A stretch of 64,000 nucleotides of DNA, from NCBI GenBank assembly GCA_043717145.1, contig JAYSXR010000392.1:712-64711 (forward strand), read 5' to 3'. The DNA is from Chitinophagaceae bacterium. GTDB taxonomy: Bacteria; Bacteroidota; Bacteroidia; Chitinophagales; Chitinophagaceae. Every line of letters begins with the position of its first letter. The stretch's first letter is position 1. A program made the position numbers and the translations under genes. The notes beneath the pieces are model-generated. The model was not told where the DNA came from. It did not search any database and was given only the letters and a program-made list of their open reading frames with translations. Of the stretch, positions 60,922 through 64,000 are shown one piece after another.

Positions 60922-62976
60922 TTACACATTTGCTAAAAGCGCTTCTACCGATAAAAATGGGGCTAAACAGGCATAATTCTTACATAAATAGAATGCTGTT
61001 ACACCTCCATCAGGCATATTCTTTCCAGCTAATAACGGGAAAAAATGAGAATTAGTTTCCTCTGCCTGAATAATCTTATTGGGTATAAACCTATGCAATA
61101 CAGGACACAGGAAATCCCTGGCCCGCTGCCCGGTAATAACAATTTCAAACATGCCCTTAGTTACCGATTGTAAAGCCATTGCCCATACCCCGAAAGAACC
61201 GGGATGTTTTACAATTGCCTTGCCCAAAGAACCCAGTAAATCGCGGCAATGTTCAGCCCATTGTCTCTGATCAAAAACAATGGAGAGATATAATAAATTA
61301 TGCACCATTACTGCATTCCCGCTGGGTACAGCGCCATCATAAACTTCTTTTTTGCGAACGAGCACATCAGTTTGTTGTTGGTGGGTATAGAAGAAGAACC
61401 CCGTATCCACCTCCACAAAATTTTCTATAACCCATTCTGTCAATACCTTTGCTTTCTGCAGGTAATCGCCAGTTCCTGTTATTTCCTGGAGATGTATGTA
61501 CGCCTGAACCAGGTAGGCATAATCATCTAAAAAAGCAGGTATCCTGGCCTGGTTGTTTTTGTAGGTATGGTACCAATGACCGGATATACCCATAAACTTT
61601 GCTTCAAGAAACTGCATATTCTGAACGGCTTTTTCCCGGTAAGCAGTATCGCCCAGGGCTGCAAAGGCTTTGGCGTAAGCGGTATTCATAAGTGCGTTCC
61701 AGCCTAATAGTATCTTATCATCCAATAAGGGCCTGATCCTTTGAGCCCTCCTGTTAAGTAATTTTCGACCTGATACGAGGAGTATTTCTTCCAGTTCCGA
61801 TTCAGTCATGCCTTGTTTTTGAGCAAATGTTGCCAGTGGTTGCTGTATGCGCAGGATATTGGTATGTTCCCAATTACCCTGGTCTGATACATCGTAAAAG
61901 GCAGCAAAAAGAGTGGCATCCGCACCTAATACCTCCTTTATTTCATGTTTTTGCCAGGTATAAAATTTACCTTCAATCCCTTCGCTATCGGCATCCAGTG
62001 CGCTGAAGAAACCTTTTTCTTCGCTCATCATTTCACGCTCAATAAAAGCAATGGTTTGTCGGATGGCCCTTGCATATTGCGGTTTGGCGGTTAGCTGGTA
62101 GGCTTCGGCCATAACGCTCACCAACAAGGCATTATCATATAACATTTTCTCGAAATGAGGGGCCAGCCACTCGTTATCTGTACTGTAACGGGCAAAGCCG
62201 CCTCCGAGCTGGTCATAAATACCGCCTTCAATCATCTTGTCTAAACTTAATAATGCCTGTGTAAGCGCCGTTTCATCTTTCGTAAAATGATAATGCCTTA
62301 ACAGGTACTGGATAGAAAAGCTTTGTGGAAATTTTGGGGCCTTTCCAAAGCCACCCAATATGGTATCTGCGTTATTGAGAAGGCTTGCGGCAATGGTTGC
62401 CAACTGCTCATCGTAGAAGAAAACTTCATTATCAGTTGATCCTGGTGACTGCAAACCGAAGGCATTGGATGTAAGCAGGTGCTGAGTAAGGTTCTCTGCC
62501 TGGAGCAGAATTTCTTCTTTTTTCTCCCGGTAACCTTTATATACTCCTAATAAAACTTCTTTCCAACTTGAGCGGTTAAAGGCCCTTTCGGATGGAAAAT
62601 AGGTGCCGCCAAAAAAAGGTTTTGTTTCTGGCGTTAGAAAAACATTCAGCGGCCATCCTCCGCTTCCTGTCATGGCCTGCACGGCATCCATATAAATATG
62701 GTCAAGGTCGGGCCTTTCTTCCCTGTCTATTTTTATATTGATGAAATACAGGTTCATTAAAGACGCGGTAGCTTCGTCTTCAAAACTTTCCCGTTCCATT
62801 ACATGGCACCAGTGGCAGGCAGCATAGCCAATACTTACCAGGATGGGTTTGTCTTCTTCTTTTGCTTTTTGCAAAGCTTCTTCACCCCATGGATACCAGT
62901 TTACAGGGTTATGGGCATGTTGAAGCAAGTAGGGGCTTGATTCGTCAATGAGGTGGTTGGTATATTTGTGAGGCAT
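60922..62976 (-). CDS. YyaL/DUF255 thioredoxin-domain plus six-hairpin protein
   Basis: [38 protein letters not shown]. Confidence 0.92.
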   Translation of the reverse strand: MPHKYTNHLIDESSPYLLQHAHNPVNWYPWGEEALQKAKEEDKPILVSIGYAACHWCHVMERESFEDEATASLMNLYFINIKIDREERPDLDHIYMDAVQAMTGSGGWPLNVFLTPETKPFFGGTYFPSERAFNRSSWKEVLLGVYKGYREKKEEILLQAENLTQHLLTSNAFGLQSPGSTDNEVFFYDEQLATIAASLLNNADTILGGFGKAPKFPQSFSIQYLLRHYHFTKDETALTQALLSLDKMIEGGIYDQLGGGFARYSTDNEWLAPHFEKMLYDNALLVSVMAEAYQLTAKPQYARAIRQTIAFIEREMMSEEKGFFSALDADSEGIEGKFYTWQKHEIKEVLGADATLFAAFYDVSDQGNWEHTNILRIQQPLATFAQKQGMTESELEEILLVSGRKLLNRRAQRIRPLLDDKILLGWNALMNTAYAKAFAALGDTAYREKAVQNMQFLEAKFMGISGHWYHTYKNNQARIPAFLDDYAYLVQAYIHLQEITGTGDYLQKAKVLTEWVIENFVEVDTGFFFYTHQQQTDVLVRKKEVYDGAVPSGNAVMVHNLLYLSIVFDQRQWAEHCRDLLGSLGKAIVKHPGSFGVWAMALQSVTKGMFEIVITGQRARDFLCPVLHRFIPNKIIQAEETNSHFFPLLAGKNMPDGGVTAFYLCKNYACLAPFLSVEALLANV

Positions 62977-63035
62977 AAAAAGTAACTGTTGTTAGTGGGA
63001 CGGCCTTATGACCACTTATGGCAAGTTAGCTGTAA

Positions 63036-63062
63036 ATAAAAAGCCCCTCATGTAAGGGGCTC
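63036..63062 (-). terminator. Intrinsic terminator after hemD
   Basis: aaaaa-GCCCCT-catgta-AGGGGC. Confidence 0.75.
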
Positions 63063-63086
63063 TGAATATTTTGGAATGCCTGGTTT

Positions 63087-63887
63087 TTATTTTTTTACGT
63101 TTGAAGCACTTAATAGAAACTGGTCTAAAGCAGATACCATACTGGGTTTTTGGGGTGAAGGTACCTTAATCTCTAATTTCATACCCGCATCTTCAACTGC
63201 TTTTGATGTGTTGTTGCCAAAAGCACCGATAACTGTGCCGTTCTGTTTAAATCCGGGGAAATTATCGTAAAGACTTTTTACGCCGCTGGGGGTAAAAAAA
63301 CATATCACATCAAAGTCTTTTTTGTTGAGAACTTCTTTGATATCGCTACTGATCGTTCTGTACATAAAACCAAGCTGGTACTCACATTTATTGGTTTTAA
63401 GCCAGTTAACGATCTCATTATCCTGCTGGTTTTCGCTGCACACATATAAGAACCTCTCGTTCTCTTTGTGTTTATTGATCACATCAAACATGCTTTTATT
63501 TGTACCATCGGCACCATAAAACACTTTCCGTTTGCGGTAAAGAATGAATTTCTGAAGATAGAGGGCCACTGCTTCGGTAATACAGAAATACTTCGTATCC
63601 TGCCCGATGGTCACTTTCATTTCCTCGCACATACGAAAGAAATGGTCAATGGCATTCCGGCTGGTAAACATTACCGCAGAATAGTACATGATATCAATCT
63701 TTTGCTTGCGGAAATCCCTGGCCGCAATACCCTCTAGCTGAATAAACGGATGAAAGAACAATTCTACATTGTATTTCTTTTCCAAATCAAAATAGGGCGA
63801 TTTATCACTCTCCGGCCTAGGTTGGGAAATTAGAATTCTTTTGGCTGCTTTGGCAGTAACTGAATTTTTTGACCCGTTTTTTAACAT
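63087..63887 (-). CDS. hemD: Uroporphyrinogen-III synthase (Bacteroidota type)
   Basis: ILISQPRP..KSPY, FTSRNAIDHFF, YLQKFI.YRKRK, FFTPSG. Confidence 0.88.
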   Translation of the reverse strand: MLKNGSKNSVTAKAAKRILISQPRPESDKSPYFDLEKKYNVELFFHPFIQLEGIAARDFRKQKIDIMYYSAVMFTSRNAIDHFFRMCEEMKVTIGQDTKYFCITEAVALYLQKFILYRKRKVFYGADGTNKSMFDVINKHKENERFLYVCSENQQDNEIVNWLKTNKCEYQLGFMYRTISSDIKEVLNKKDFDVICFFTPSGVKSLYDNFPGFKQNGTVIGAFGNNTSKAVEDAGMKLEIKVPSPQKPSMVSALDQFLLSASNVKK

Positions 63888-63912
63888 GCTTCTAATCTAA
63901 GATTGTGCAAAA

Positions 63913-64000
63913 TTAAAAACTTCCGGCAATATAATTGATCAATCCTTTATAAATCAATAAAAGAGGAAGTACTTCGACAGCACAAAGGTATATAAAAAAA
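63913..64000 (-). CDS. 3' end of DUF4271-like membrane protein (partial)
   Basis: Hand translation FFIYLCAVEVLPLLLIYKGLINYIAGSF*; this family typically lies upstream of hemD in Bacteroidota. Confidence 0.65.
   Translation of the reverse strand, partial: FFIYLCAVEVLPLLLIYKGLINYIAGSF

Overview
Core-chromosome segment of a Bacteroidota genome. The gene content (gldKLMN, T9SS C-terminal domain, tatA-gatA-lytic transglycosylase) and TAnnTTTG -7 promoters point to Bacteroidota; Chitinophagaceae is an inference. It carries atpBEFHA (no atpG here), rel, purA, pabB, gatA, tatA, rplS, rny, zapA, pheT, dnaB, rsmE, dnaX, nadC, gpmI, yihA, a small glycosylation cluster, two ABC transporters, three TonB-dependent receptors, a DUF1800/DUF1501 pair, an ECF sigma/anti-sigma pair, uvrC, gldKLMN and hemD. 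I found no rRNA, tRNA, CRISPR array or transposase. Main leads: (1) a His/Cys-containing upstream ORF ending in the ribosome-arrest motif RGPP in front of a TonB receptor, whose convergent paralog instead has a DtxR/MntR-like operator; (2) an unannotated ~61-nt sRNA with its own promoter and terminator, whose 5' seed is antisense to AUGAAAAA start regions; (3) a roughly 11-bp-phased DnaA-box-like array between pheT and dnaB; (4) an A9 slippery run in dnaX; (5) an SSB-like acidic tail on DnaB; (6) a dual-membrane-spanning anti-sigma factor. Family assignments come from motif recognition, not database searches.
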